Shown here: positions 9,397 through 19,790 of the stretch, piece after piece
Layout: each line of letters opens with the position of its first letter
How positions within the stretch are numbered: the stretch's first letter is position 1
From: an uncultured Candidatus Saccharibacteria bacterium
GTDB lineage: Bacteria > Patescibacteriota > Minisyncoccia > Phycocordibacterales > UBA2100
Assembly: GCA_964398775.1 (NCBI GenBank)
Contig: CAYNND010000005.1
Location: forward strand, 5,266 to 69,265
Length of the DNA: 64,000 bases
Direction of reading: 5' to 3'
Program-made: the position numbers and the translations under genes
The notes under the pieces: generated by a model
Told to the model about the DNA's origin: nothing
What the model saw: the letters and a program-made list of their open reading frames with translations, nothing else
The model's database searches: none

Positions 9397-10533
9397 CTAG
9401 TCCTCGTGTTCAAGTACTGTTCCAAGAATAACTTGTGCCATTTTCTTTGCTGCGTCTGGCCGAGCAAATGCTCGTGCAGCTCGTGACATGTTCTCACGAA
9501 TCTCCTTTGTCTCCATGATGCGATCAATCTCTGAAGCAAGGATATGTGCAGTGAGATTTTTTTGTTCTATGACTGTGCACCCTCCTGCGCGCATATATGC
9601 AAATGCGTTTTTTGTCTGGTCATGTGATATGTCTTCAGGTATAGGCACGATAATACTTGGGAGTCCCCACTGCGCAATCTCAAATATACCTCCAGTTCCA
9701 GCACGTGAGACGACAAGTGACGCGGCTCCCGCTGCCATTTTCATTGCGAGTGCATTTAAGAATCCATATGTTTTGTAACGAGGTGCATACTCGTTATTGT
9801 TCAACATGACATGTGCAATACCGCGTACTTCTTCGAGGTTTGTTGCGCCAGTTTGGTGCACGATTTGATATTTAGGCAGAAGTAACGTGAGTGCATCGAG
9901 TACTGTGTTGTTTATTGTTTGTGCGCCCGATGAACCTCCAAGAACGAGTATGGTTGGAAGTTCGGGTGATAGTTCGAGAAATGTGTGCATACCTTCTTTT
10001 GCTGGGAACATCACATCTTTTCGCACTGGGTTTCCTACGAGCGCAATTTTCTCTCGTGGTGCAAGCATTTGGTCTTCAGTGCCCGGGTATGAGATACCAA
10101 TATACTTTGCAAACTTCGACGCGTACTTGTTTGTTCGTCCAACTGACGCATCTGATTCATGTACGATAACAGGGATGGTCAGTATTCGTGCTGCTACAAC
10201 AGTCGGAAACGCTGCGTATCCTCCTTTGCAAAATACTACATCCGGGTAGAGAGAGTAGAGTTGAAAGATGGATTGAATGATTCCAAAAAAAGTCTTGAAC
10301 ATATCGAGCACATTGAGTATCGATGCATATCTGCGCATCTTCCCTGCAGGTGATTGAACAAAAGTTATGTTGTGCTCAAGAAGTGCCTGTTTATCGTATG
10401 GTTCAGGACCGATGTAATAGAGTTGCGGTTCGAGGATACGTCGCTCTTCACAGATGCGATAGATTTCTTCCGCAACTGCTATCAGTGGGTAGAAATGTCC
10501 TCCCGTGCCTCCTCCTGTTAGTACTACCTTCAT
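9397..10533 (-). CDS. murG: Undecaprenyldiphospho-muramoylpentapeptide beta-N-acetylglucosaminyltransferase MurG
   Basis: MKVVLTGGGTGGHFYPLIAVAEE N-terminal glycine-rich motif of the MurG GT28 family. Confidence 0.9.
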   Translation of the reverse strand: MKVVLTGGGTGGHFYPLIAVAEEIYRICEERRILEPQLYYIGPEPYDKQALLEHNITFVQSPAGKMRRYASILNVLDMFKTFFGIIQSIFQLYSLYPDVVFCKGGYAAFPTVVAARILTIPVIVHESDASVGRTNKYASKFAKYIGISYPGTEDQMLAPREKIALVGNPVRKDVMFPAKEGMHTFLELSPELPTILVLGGSSGAQTINNTVLDALTLLLPKYQIVHQTGATNLEEVRGIAHVMLNNNEYAPRYKTYGFLNALAMKMAAGAASLVVSRAGTGGIFEIAQWGLPSIIVPIPEDISHDQTKNAFAYMRAGGCTVIEQKNLTAHILASEIDRIMETKEIRENMSRAARAFARPDAAKKMAQVILGTVLEHED

Positions 10534-10572
10534 GGTTGTCTATTGTACGGTTAAATACGAATTTCTCAAAGA

Positions 10573-11682
10573 TTAGCTTCGTTTCTGAAATTTGGATATG
10601 TTCAGAAGTACGCCGACTGCCGCAAGTGAAATGAGAAGCGCAGTACCTCCATGACTGACGAAAATCAATGGATTTCCGGAATACGGCAAAATACCTACAA
10701 TCACTGCAATGTTGATAAATGACTGAGTGATGATGAGGAGCGTAATTCCTATGCCTAACAATACTCCAAACATATCAGGTGCACGAACAGATAAGGTGAT
10801 GCCGCGCAGCGCGAACAATAGAAAACCAAATACGAGGATAAGTGACCCCAGGAAGCCAAACTCTTCCGCAAAAACAGCAAAAATGGAGTCGCCTATTGGC
10901 TCTGGAAGGTATCCAAATTTTTGCACACTCTGGCCAAAACCTCGGCCAAGTATTCCACCTGAGCCTACGGCGATGAGTGATTGATTTGCCTGGTACCCAC
11001 TTCCAAGTACATCAGCTGTAGGGTTCATGAATGACATAACACGTTCTCGTGCATGCGGTTTCATGTATAGAATGACTGATAAACCCAAGAGTGCAATGAG
11101 GCAGACTACTGCGATATCTCGATAGCGCATACCAGCTATGAAAAATACACCAAGCGTCGCAGCGGAGATAATCAATAGAACATCTATATCTGGCTGCATG
11201 AGAAGTACAGCACATGGAAGAGCAAGGATGCCTCCAAGTCCGCCGAGTGCATACAGTGAGTTCGTGCGAATTTCCTTTGTAAATCCTGCGCCAAATGAGG
11301 CTGCAGCAAGTATGACTGCATACTTGAGTACTTCAGAAGGCTGAAATGTTGCGACTTGCAGATCTATCCATCGTGAGGCGCCTTTTGCGGTTATGCCGAG
11401 CCCAGGGATAAACACGAGGGCTGTGAGAAGCATTCCAAATGCATACAAGTAAGGAGCATAGTTTCTGTAGTGGGTGTAATGGATACTTCGAGTGATTGAG
11501 AGTGCTGCAGCTCCACAGCAGAGACCAAGAAAAAATTGGTTACCGATGATACCCATTATTGAAACGGTGCCACTGGCAAGGAGCCCAAGAGATGCTGAAA
11601 GAAAAATAAGAAAACCACCTATCGCAAGGCATGCTGTGAGTACGGTAAGTACTGTATCGGGGTATGCCTTTCGAGCCATCTT
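10573..11682 (-). CDS. ftsW: SEDS-family cell division protein FtsW/RodA
   Basis: Ten-TM protein with GSGYQANQSLIAVGSGGILGRGFGQS motif. The ORF extends to 11811; the probable start is MARKAYPD. Confidence 0.85.
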   Translation of the reverse strand, partial: KMARKAYPDTVLTVLTACLAIGGFLIFLSASLGLLASGTVSIMGIIGNQFFLGLCCGAAALSITRSIHYTHYRNYAPYLYAFGMLLTALVFIPGLGITAKGASRWIDLQVATFQPSEVLKYAVILAAASFGAGFTKEIRTNSLYALGGLGGILALPCAVLLMQPDIDVLLIISAATLGVFFIAGMRYRDIAVVCLIALLGLSVILYMKPHARERVMSFMNPTADVLGSGYQANQSLIAVGSGGILGRGFGQSVQKFGYLPEPIGDSIFAVFAEEFGFLGSLILVFGFLLFALRGITLSVRAPDMFGVLLGIGITLLIITQSFINIAVIVGILPYSGNPLIFVSHGGTALLISLAAVGVLLNISKFQKRS

Positions 11683-11723
11683 GTATTTATACCACCACTT
11701 TAGTGATGGGGCATGTGCATATC

Positions 11724-12785
11724 TTATGCGACGATAGCAAACATGACTCCTGCAACTGCACACATCCAGGATACAACCCAGTAGCGCATAGTTACTTTGT
11801 AGCTTGGCCACCCAATAGCCTCAAAATGATGATGGAGTGGAGCAATACGCAGTAATTTGGTGCCGTATATTCGTTTGTATATAAGTTGGGCGATAACTGA
11901 AAGTACTGTTACAACAAGTGGGAAGCCTATGATAAGCAATGCGCTGATTCCTACTCCCCCACCCATTGCATCTGTCATACAGGCAACAGTTGCAAGAGTG
12001 AGAGTCAGAGCCATTGTTCCCGTTTCTGTCATGTAAAAGCGTGCCGGAGGAATGTTAAACCACAGGAATGCAAGAAGTGAGCCCACTAACATTGCACAAA
12101 ATGCAGCAAGGTCATATTGCTGTTGCTGAAATGCGACGATTGCATATGCGCTGAAGATAGACGCAAAGACGCCTCCCGAGAGTCCATCGATGCCGTCAAT
12201 GATTCCGCTTGCGTAAATGCACATTGCAAAAAACATGAAGAATGGGATAAGAAGCGGACCGATAAGCCATACACCCATGAAAGGTACGCTGATGCCAACG
12301 ACTCCAACTTTTGCATAAAACCACCACCCGAGGAGCCCCGCGAGTGTAGCAACCAAGGCAAGTCGTACACGTAGTGAAATTCCTTTCGCGTCAGGTTGGC
12401 AGTCAAGAACGTCGTTAATAAAACCGACTACGGCCCCGATAAGAAGCGCAGCAAGTGGAATCCATGTTTGAGAGCGAGAAAGAAAGTTAAATTTAACTGT
12501 ACCCATGACAGGAAACATAGGTGCAAGTACTGCAATCAAAGCAATAGTTATAAGTGCACTTCCCCACACGACTATCCCTCCCATGCGGGGGGTCTTCTTC
12601 TCCCCTTCAAGTTTCAGTTTGTTGAACTCTTCAGCGACAGTTCCATCCATGGCAACTTTGCCCGGCTTTTTTTTCCATGCCTTGTACTGGTATAGGTAGC
12701 GCGTGACAAGAGGTGTCATTGCAATTCCTATACAAAAAGACAATGTTGGCGGTACAAGTACCTTTAGAATATCGATTGGTATCAT
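11724..12785 (-). CDS. mraY: Phospho-N-acetylmuramoyl-pentapeptide transferase MraY
   Basis: Polytopic protein with the MraY/WecA signature IDGIDGLSGG. The ORF extends to 12866; the likely start is MIPIDIL. Confidence 0.85.
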   Translation of the reverse strand: MIPIDILKVLVPPTLSFCIGIAMTPLVTRYLYQYKAWKKKPGKVAMDGTVAEEFNKLKLEGEKKTPRMGGIVVWGSALITIALIAVLAPMFPVMGTVKFNFLSRSQTWIPLAALLIGAVVGFINDVLDCQPDAKGISLRVRLALVATLAGLLGWWFYAKVGVVGISVPFMGVWLIGPLLIPFFMFFAMCIYASGIIDGIDGLSGGVFASIFSAYAIVAFQQQQYDLAAFCAMLVGSLLAFLWFNIPPARFYMTETGTMALTLTLATVACMTDAMGGGVGISALLIIGFPLVVTVLSVIAQLIYKRIYGTKLLRIAPLHHHFEAIGWPSYKVTMRYWVVSWMCAVAGVMFAIVA

Positions 12786-12845
12786 ATTCGCGACAGTATA
12801 TACCCATTGATATGCAGAGCAAATATCGAATGATATACTTGCGAT

Positions 12846-13448
12846 ATGAACATACAAGCAAAACATATAGCCGAAGCATTCGGCACATTTATTCTTGCAG
12901 TGAGTGTTGCATTATCAGCTCATGCAGGCAACGGTCTGCCTCTGAACACTGCGGTGCTCGCAGCACTCATCGTGGGTCTATTTGTATTTACTATTGGTTC
13001 ACTATCGGGTACACATTTAAATCCTGCAGTAACACTTGCGCAACTCGCTCAAAAGAGAATATCTCAGGCAGACGCGATGCATTACATTGCAGCGCAGATG
13101 ATTGGCGGTATCGTTGCAGGCTATATTGTACTTGGTACGGGCATGTTTCGTTTTTCACACATACTTTCGTTTGAGCCTACAGTATTTATAGCAGAAATAT
13201 TTGGCGCGATGATACTTATGTTTGGTATTGCATCTGTTGTACTTAATCGCGTTCAGGCATCAGGTGCACCTTTTGTTATCGGTGGTTCACTTCTTGCGGG
13301 TGTTATGCTTGCGCTGCTTATGGGTGGCATTGGCATCATTAACCCAGCAGTTGCAATTGCACTTGGTGAGCTCACACTTGCGACACTCTTTGGTCCAGTC
13401 ATTGGTGCTACGATCGGGATGTACTTCTACCCCCTACTGGTTGAATAG
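12846..13448 (+). CDS. MIP-family channel (aquaporin/glycerol facilitator-like), compact 200 aa
   Basis: Two NPA boxes (HLNPAVT and IINPAVA), six hydrophobic segments. Confidence 0.85.
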   Translation: MNIQAKHIAEAFGTFILAVSVALSAHAGNGLPLNTAVLAALIVGLFVFTIGSLSGTHLNPAVTLAQLAQKRISQADAMHYIAAQMIGGIVAGYIVLGTGMFRFSHILSFEPTVFIAEIFGAMILMFGIASVVLNRVQASGAPFVIGGSLLAGVMLALLMGGIGIINPAVAIALGELTLATLFGPVIGATIGMYFYPLLVE

Positions 13449-13454
13449 TACTTT

Positions 13455-13484
13455 CAAAAAAGACCCGTACGGGTCTTTTTTATT
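13455..13484. terminator. Bidirectional terminator between the convergent MIP channel and carboxypeptidase genes
   Basis: aaaaaagacccgtacgggtctttttt: GC stem flanked by an A-run and a T-run. Confidence 0.6.
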
Positions 13485-14463
13485 TCTTTTCAGAATGCTG
13501 AAGTGCATCGACAAGCTTACGAATGTCCGTAAAGCGTGATTCCTTTGTTGATCCAAGCACTACGACAGCAACAGGTTCATTAATTGAACGATCAAAGACT
13601 ATCGCGAGGTTCCCACCTGCAAGTTCCGTATAACCTGTTTTCCCCCCAATGAGCGATGGTATAAGGGGTATAACTTCATTTGTGTTTCGTGCAGCATGTG
13701 TTATTCCAGAATTCGAAGTAAATGTGTCGTACGGCTTCATTGTTGCCTCGATAAGTTCAGGCTTTTTCTTCACGATGTATGCAAGTAGTTTTGCAATATC
13801 TTGCGCAGAGCCATACGCACCTGCCGTCACAGGTCCGGTATCGAGTCCCGTCTCATCAGTAAATTCAACGCTTGTTAGTCCAAGTCCACTTGCCCGTTCA
13901 TTCATCAAACGAATAAACGCGAGTCGAGGTCCTTCACCTTCCCGCGCTTCAAGTGCGCCAACATGTTTTGCGAGTGCTACTGCGGCATCGTTTGATGAAG
14001 TGATGAGCATGAAATCAATTAAATCTTTTGCCTTCCATAGTTCAGAAGCAAATAGCGTACTGTCACCTTCTTGACTCAATGCATCACGCGTGACAGTTAT
14101 TGTGGTTTCAGGTTCTACATACTCAAGAGTGACAAGTGCTGTCATGAGCTTGGTTATAGATGCCAGCGGCATTTTCTCGTTTGCATTCTTTTGATACAGC
14201 TGGACGTTATTTGTTATATCAAGCACAGCAACTGCACGTGCATCAAGCTGCTCAGGCTCGCGCATTGGTTGTACTGTCGGTACTTCAGGCTCGATAGGTG
14301 TATTTCTTTGCTGTATTGCACCGCTGACTTGTGCTCCCAATTTCTTTGCTCCAGATGTTATCGCATTTTCAAAACGGCTCTGTGAACCTAGTGCGGCACC
14401 AGCAACGAAAATTGCTATTGCTAGAAACGAGTAAATTGCTATGTATTTCTGGATTTTATTCAC
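13480..14463 (-). CDS. D-alanyl-D-alanine carboxypeptidase (S11 / PBP5-like, low-molecular-weight PBP)
   Basis: SxxK (ASITKLM), SxN (SSNDAA) and KTG (GKTGYT) motifs; N-terminal signal/TM. Confidence 0.85.
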   Translation of the reverse strand: MNKIQKYIAIYSFLAIAIFVAGAALGSQSRFENAITSGAKKLGAQVSGAIQQRNTPIEPEVPTVQPMREPEQLDARAVAVLDITNNVQLYQKNANEKMPLASITKLMTALVTLEYVEPETTITVTRDALSQEGDSTLFASELWKAKDLIDFMLITSSNDAAVALAKHVGALEAREGEGPRLAFIRLMNERASGLGLTSVEFTDETGLDTGPVTAGAYGSAQDIAKLLAYIVKKKPELIEATMKPYDTFTSNSGITHAARNTNEVIPLIPSLIGGKTGYTELAGGNLAIVFDRSINEPVAVVVLGSTKESRFTDIRKLVDALQHSEKK

Positions 14464-14532
14464 AAAAACGATTCTAGCCTAGAATTGGCTTAACTGCAAT
14501 CTTTGTGCTCAAAATATAGTGGATGGATTGAG

Positions 14533-15114
14533 CTAATCTTCAGACTCTTCAATCTTCTCTTCAACTGCAAGGTCAGTACTCTGTTGCGCCTTCTGTTCAA
14601 AAGCTGAGAGTGCTGTGACAATTTCTTGTCGGTTAGGAATTGCCTCAAGAGAGGTAACGCCGAGGTGTGCAAGTGCTTCTGGTGATGGTAGGTACGTCAC
14701 CTGAGTTCCTTCTTGCATTCTTGATATGAGGCCACGCATGCGGAGTGTGCGGAGTGAAAATGCAGAATTTACACCTCGTATTGAATCGATTTCAGTTTGC
14801 GTACTTTTCCCACGGTAGAGTAAAATACCCAGTACTTCAAGCGATGCAGGGCCTATCTCCTTCGCAAGGCCTTCCTTATGCAATGTTTCAATAAAAGGCA
14901 TGCATTCTTTTGCTATGCGAAGTGAGACTTCAGACTCAGTTGCAACCACAGTTATTCCTCGTGTGGTGCCGTACATCTGTGCAAGCGTTCCTACAGCGGA
15001 TGCAATATCTTCTTGAGTGGCTCCAGTTATCTGGGCGAGGGATTTCATAGACGCATTGCCGCCTTCGTAAAATAGGAATGCTTCAATTTTCTGTATGAGA
15101 GTAGGTTCTTCCAT
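14533..15114 (-). CDS. scpB: Segregation and condensation protein B
   Basis: Size (193 aa), tandem wHTH pattern. Positioned immediately downstream of scpA. Confidence 0.75.
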   Translation of the reverse strand: MEEPTLIQKIEAFLFYEGGNASMKSLAQITGATQEDIASAVGTLAQMYGTTRGITVVATESEVSLRIAKECMPFIETLHKEGLAKEIGPASLEVLGILLYRGKSTQTEIDSIRGVNSAFSLRTLRMRGLISRMQEGTQVTYLPSPEALAHLGVTSLEAIPNRQEIVTALSAFEQKAQQSTDLAVEEKIEESED

Positions 15115-15115
15115 G

Positions 15116-15844
15116 TTATGCAGTTGTTGAATGAATCATAAGGATGTCGTCAGCATGTCCTTGCTGTTCAGCTTCAACCATACCAAGTTTTACCAACTCA
15201 AGCAAAGCAAGAAATAACACAACTACATCATTGCGATGACTTCCTGCGGCAGTTGTTCGAAACGAGGTATGCGTCGAGCTCCGCAATACTCGCTCCTTGA
15301 TGCGCTCTATCATTTCTTCAATACTGACAGTTTTGTACACCGCCGCCTTTGGATGCTCCTTTGCAAACACAGGAAGCGCGTTCATAAGTTCTCCGATTGA
15401 AATAGAGATATTGTGCAGTGTCATATCTGATGACGGAGCAAAACATTCTGCGCGTTGAGGTTCTTTCCTAAATTCAGCCAGGTAATTAGTACCCCAAACT
15501 CGCTCGAGTCCTTTTGCTGCTTTCTTGTACAGTGCATAGCGCTCCAGAGCAGTAGTGAGGTCTTCAACTTGAATCTCTTCTTCCTCCGTGAGGTGAAAAT
15601 CAGGAAGTAAGGAGCGTGATTTTATGAGTACCAAGGTCGCAGCTATGGCGATGTATGAAGCTCGGTCATACATAGGGATAGTGTTTGCACGGACATACTC
15701 AATGTAGGCATCTGCAACAGAAGCGAGTGATACTTCATTAATAAACAATTTCCGTTTCTCTACAAGCTCAAGTAGCACATCAAGTGGGCCGCTAAAGTTT
15801 TCTACAGAAAGTGTAAATCGTTTTTGTGCTGTATCTGCTCCCAT
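15116..15844 (-). CDS. scpA: Segregation and condensation protein A (kleisin)
   Basis: FSGPLDVLLELVEKRKLFINEVSLASVADAY kleisin N-domain. The ORF is open to 15907; the probable start follows the upstream gene's stop. Confidence 0.8.
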   Translation of the reverse strand: MGADTAQKRFTLSVENFSGPLDVLLELVEKRKLFINEVSLASVADAYIEYVRANTIPMYDRASYIAIAATLVLIKSRSLLPDFHLTEEEEIQVEDLTTALERYALYKKAAKGLERVWGTNYLAEFRKEPQRAECFAPSSDMTLHNISISIGELMNALPVFAKEHPKAAVYKTVSIEEMIERIKERVLRSSTHTSFRTTAAGSHRNDVVVLFLALLELVKLGMVEAEQQGHADDILMIHSTTA

Positions 15845-15845
15845 G

Positions 15846-17075
15846 TTACAGGGTAAATTCACCCTTTGCATATAGTACCACTTCACTTCCATCATGCATA
15901 TGCGCAATCACAGTTCGAGGTGCCGTAGAAATGATATCGGTGTGAACCGACGAGTCGTTAAAGCCTAAGTCAGCAAACTCCTCCTGTGTCATGTCTGAAA
16001 GTGCTCCTGTGCATGTCGTCTTGTACGCCATTCCGAGTGCTATATGAGTATTTCCATACGGTCCACCAATGTTTTCATCGTAGAGAGTTTCAGCCATAAA
16101 CTTAGTTATACGTGATGTTCTCCTGTCTGTTAGTGAAAACTCACCAATCTTGTCAGCCCCAGGTGTTGCGATCATTTCTTTAAGGAGTTTCTCGTTTGTC
16201 TTTGCTTTTGAATGTATTACTTTTCCGTCTTTGAATGTAAGCTCGATTCCAGTTATGCGATTGCCATATCGGTATAATGGCTGATTGAATCGAATCCATC
16301 CATTCGTGCCCCTCCAGTCAGGAGAAGTAAATATTTCAAAACTTGGAATATTTGCACCACTTCCTCCGAGCCATGCACGATTCTTGCCGAGTGTAATCCA
16401 TAAGTCAGCATCTGTACCGACAATGTGTAGCTTATCTATCTTGTGAGATATTGCATTTAGTTTGCCTCTCGTTTTCTCGATAAGTGCAAACATTTTCTTC
16501 CATTCTTGTATCGGATCTTTCTTGTCTAAGAAGCACGCCTTTATGATTTGATCCCAGTATTGTTTGTGAGTGAGCCCAGCCTCTTTCGCCATTGCCTCAG
16601 TTCCAAAAAGTGCTATGGTCCATGAGAATTTTCCTCTGAGTTCTTTTTCACTTTCCCAGTCTCTAAACTGTTTCCACACTTTTCCCCGACGCATAATTTT
16701 TTTTGGGTCAATACCTTTCAATTCGTGAGGGTTTGCATGAGCAAGTATGTGTATCGAATGATCGATAGTATCTACCAGTCCACGGACGTACTTTTCAGGG
16801 AACCAGTCTATCTGCTCAGAGGTTGCAAGTTCGAAAAACTCACGAGTCCCGGAGCGACGGCTTGCAGTACCGTCTGGCAAGAAATTAGGAATCAAGTGCC
16901 CACCTGCTTTTAAAATTTCCTTGCGAAGTTCGATAAACAAATCACGAGAAGCCTCAGGAGCGTTTAAATGCACTACTTCACCTTTTCGAATCCCTTTACC
17001 TCCATTGAGTGCAAAACGTACAAGTACTTTCGCATAGCGCTCAAGAATGAGTTTGCTTGGTGTGTATTTTGCCAT
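15846..17075 (-). CDS. M29-family aminopeptidase (AmpS / aminopeptidase T-like)
   Basis: 409 aa; M29 conserved blocks (…HIALG…, FTDIISTAPRT… region). Confidence 0.65.
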   Translation of the reverse strand: MAKYTPSKLILERYAKVLVRFALNGGKGIRKGEVVHLNAPEASRDLFIELRKEILKAGGHLIPNFLPDGTASRRSGTREFFELATSEQIDWFPEKYVRGLVDTIDHSIHILAHANPHELKGIDPKKIMRRGKVWKQFRDWESEKELRGKFSWTIALFGTEAMAKEAGLTHKQYWDQIIKACFLDKKDPIQEWKKMFALIEKTRGKLNAISHKIDKLHIVGTDADLWITLGKNRAWLGGSGANIPSFEIFTSPDWRGTNGWIRFNQPLYRYGNRITGIELTFKDGKVIHSKAKTNEKLLKEMIATPGADKIGEFSLTDRRTSRITKFMAETLYDENIGGPYGNTHIALGMAYKTTCTGALSDMTQEEFADLGFNDSSVHTDIISTAPRTVIAHMHDGSEVVLYAKGEFTL

Positions 17076-17079
17076 ATGT

Positions 17080-18426
17080 TTATTCTGTTACTTCTGCATT
17101 CAATCGCTTATCGATGCGTGTCATGTCGCGTGGGAATGCAGCAGCCTCCTTCACATTCTTTAATTCAAGCATGCGTGCGGTAAAGCGCTCAAGTCCTGTG
17201 GAGCAGCCACCGTGTGGAGGCATACCTGATTTGAATGCTTCGAGATAGAAGCCGAACTTTTCAGGGTCCATGCCACGTTCTTTGATTCGCTCCACCAACT
17301 CATCGTGGTCGTGTATTCGTTGAGAACCACTATTGATTTCAAGTCCACGAAAGAGCAAGTCGAAACTTTTTGAGAATCCTGGTCGTGCAGCATCAGCGTA
17401 TGTATAAAAGGCACGCTTCTTTGTTGGGTAGTGCGTGATGAAGACAAAGTCAGTACCTTTCTCTCGTGCCGACCATTCGCAAATAAGTCGCTCATGCTCT
17501 GGCTCCATATCTGGCTCTCCAACACAGGTAATACCGTACTCCTTCTGGATAATTTCTTGAGCTTCTGTCAAGGTGAGTACAACAAATTTCTCTCCAAGTA
17601 ATGGAACGCTAGTACCAATTCGTGCGAAAATAGGAGCGTGTCGCTTCTCTACTTCCGTGACTACCGAGCGTACAACCTTTTCGAGCATATCCATTACCTC
17701 AGTATGGTCATCGATAAAGCCCATCTCAAAATCCATTTGTGTGAGCTCGCTGAGGTGTCGTGTTGTTGCTGATTTCTCTGCTCTGAAAATTTTTGCAATG
17801 GTGAATGCGCGCTCAAATGGACCTACCATTATTTGCTTGTAGAACTGAGGACTTGTTGCGAGATACGCGTCATGATCGTTGTAGTACTGTACTTTGAAAA
17901 CTGCAGCCCCGCCCTCTGCATCACCGCCGACAAGTGCTGGTGCTTGAAATTCAGTAAAACCTTCGGTGCGGAGTGTCTCTCGGTAGGTGTTAACGATTGT
18001 TCCTTGAACAGTGAAGATGTCGCGTGCTCGTTGCTGCCTGAGTGTAAGTGGTAGATGGTCAAAGTAAGTTTCAAGATTTACATCCGCTTCAACTTCAAAT
18101 GGTAATTCATGTGTTTTTCCAAGTACGGTAAGGTTTTGAATCTGGAGCTCTAATGTTCCATTTTGCTCATCAGGTTTTTTTGTTTTTTCGCCGCGCTCTA
18201 CAACTGTCCCTATAATTGACACCGGACTCTGTATGCGTGCGGCATCAGTTGCAGCGAATGCTTCTGCTGCACTTGCATGCACAACAGCTTGTATGATCCC
18301 CGTTCTGTCTCGCACTACAAGGAAGATAAGTTTTCCATGGTCACGTCGTATATCAACCATGCCCGCCACTGTAACTGTCTTTCCAATATGGCTCCCCAGT
18401 GTATCAATAAGTGTTCTCTCCTTCAT
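17080..18426 (-). CDS. aspS: Class IIb aminoacyl-tRNA synthetase, most likely archaeal-type aspartyl-tRNA synthetase (AsnRS not excluded)
   Basis: N-terminal OB anticodon-binding domain, class II motifs FRAEKSATTRHLSELTQMDFE (motif 2) and GGCSTGLERFTARM…FPRD (motif 3). 448 aa. Confidence 0.7.
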   Translation of the reverse strand: MKERTLIDTLGSHIGKTVTVAGMVDIRRDHGKLIFLVVRDRTGIIQAVVHASAAEAFAATDAARIQSPVSIIGTVVERGEKTKKPDEQNGTLELQIQNLTVLGKTHELPFEVEADVNLETYFDHLPLTLRQQRARDIFTVQGTIVNTYRETLRTEGFTEFQAPALVGGDAEGGAAVFKVQYYNDHDAYLATSPQFYKQIMVGPFERAFTIAKIFRAEKSATTRHLSELTQMDFEMGFIDDHTEVMDMLEKVVRSVVTEVEKRHAPIFARIGTSVPLLGEKFVVLTLTEAQEIIQKEYGITCVGEPDMEPEHERLICEWSAREKGTDFVFITHYPTKKRAFYTYADAARPGFSKSFDLLFRGLEINSGSQRIHDHDELVERIKERGMDPEKFGFYLEAFKSGMPPHGGCSTGLERFTARMLELKNVKEAAAFPRDMTRIDKRLNAEVTE

Positions 18427-18535
18427 AAAAAGTACTTAATTCTTAAAAATGCGGTTTATATGGATGTAAGGTAAATATGCCGCTTGCACGGCATTTGTAT
18501 TCGCATTGCTATATGCTCGAATACGCTCCATATCG

Positions 18536-19549
18536 CTAGTATATCTTAAAACCGAATGCTTCACGAACTTCGGAAAGTGATTGCGCGGCAAGCGTCCGTG
18601 CTCGCTCAGTGCCTTCCCGTAAGATGCGCTTCACCTCACCTGGATTTGATTCATAGTACCTCCGCCTTTCTCTGATTGGTTCCAGGAACTGATTCATTAC
18701 AGCAACAAGATATCGCTTCACTTCCATATCACCAACACGCCCTTCTCGGTATCGCACTTTAAAATCGGCAATTGCTTCTGTGTGCTCTGCAGAACCGAAT
18801 GTATCTAAGTACATAAAAACGGGGTTACCCTCAACTGTTCCCGGGTCTGTCGCGCGGATGCGCTTTGGATCCGTGTACATACCCATTACTTTTCGCTCAA
18901 CTTCCTCTGCTGCTTCGCCAAGGAAAATTGTATTGCCGATACTCTTACTCATCTTTGGGCTTCCATCAGTTCCTACAAGTTTGCCAACACGGCCTACAAG
19001 TCCTTCCGGCTCTGGAAAGATAGTTCTTCCAGCATGTGTATTCATATCACGAGCAATTTCCCGCGACTGTTCAAGGTGTGCAAGCTGGTCTACACCAACT
19101 GGCACAAGGTCGCCTTTTACGCACAAAATGTCTGCTGCTTGATAGATTGGATAATTTACAAATCCAAGCGAATATATGTCGCCCAAACCCTTAATTTTTA
19201 TCTCATCTTTAATTGTTGGATTTCTAAGTGCTGTGGCGTGTGTCACATACATACTGAAGAATGCAGCAAGTTCATATATCTCTGGAACACCAGATTCAGC
19301 AAAGAAAGTTACTTTCTCAGGATCAAGTCCCACTGCAAGGTTATCAGTGGTAGTTTCAAGGAGATACTCACCGACTTTCTGAGGTTCTTTGTGTAGTGTT
19401 GTGAGCGCGTGCAGGTCAGCCTCAATTATAAAAGTTTCGTAGTCATGCTGCAGTTTTACTCTGTTCTCAAGTGTTCCCACATAATGCCCAATGTGAAGCT
19501 TCCCTGTCGGTGTATCCCCAGTAAGTATACGCTTTTTTCTTTCAGTCAT
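18536..19549 (-). CDS. trpS: Tryptophanyl-tRNA synthetase
   Basis: TGDTPTGKLHIGHYVG (HIGH) and KMSKS present; 337 aa. Confidence 0.9.
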   Translation of the reverse strand: MTERKKRILTGDTPTGKLHIGHYVGTLENRVKLQHDYETFIIEADLHALTTLHKEPQKVGEYLLETTTDNLAVGLDPEKVTFFAESGVPEIYELAAFFSMYVTHATALRNPTIKDEIKIKGLGDIYSLGFVNYPIYQAADILCVKGDLVPVGVDQLAHLEQSREIARDMNTHAGRTIFPEPEGLVGRVGKLVGTDGSPKMSKSIGNTIFLGEAAEEVERKVMGMYTDPKRIRATDPGTVEGNPVFMYLDTFGSAEHTEAIADFKVRYREGRVGDMEVKRYLVAVMNQFLEPIRERRRYYESNPGEVKRILREGTERARTLAAQSLSEVREAFGFKIY

Positions 19550-19580
19550 CTGTAGATGGTATCAAAAAAATACAAAATGG

Positions 19581-19790
19581 CTACCGCAGCGGTTTTTCAA
19601 AAAGTGATGCTACATGTGCTGCAAAATGCTCCCCTGCTGTGCGGAGCTTGTCAGGCGTTTTCTTCATTTTATCTATTTCATCTGCCCAAATGATAATATA
19701 CGGCACCCCGGATTCTTGAAGTATAGCGAGCTGTTCTTGCAGCACATCGCTCGGCGGATATTTTTTTGATCTATTTGTGAAAACTATCAT
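19581..19790 (-). CDS. Small hypothetical protein (69 aa) translationally coupled (ATGA) to the patatin-like gene
   Basis: ORF start overlaps the upstream stop by 4 nt. No recognisable motif; it could be a frameshifted C-terminus of the patatin gene. Confidence 0.35.
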   Translation of the reverse strand: MIVFTNRSKKYPPSDVLQEQLAILQESGVPYIIIWADEIDKMKKTPDKLRTAGEHFAAHVASLFEKPLR

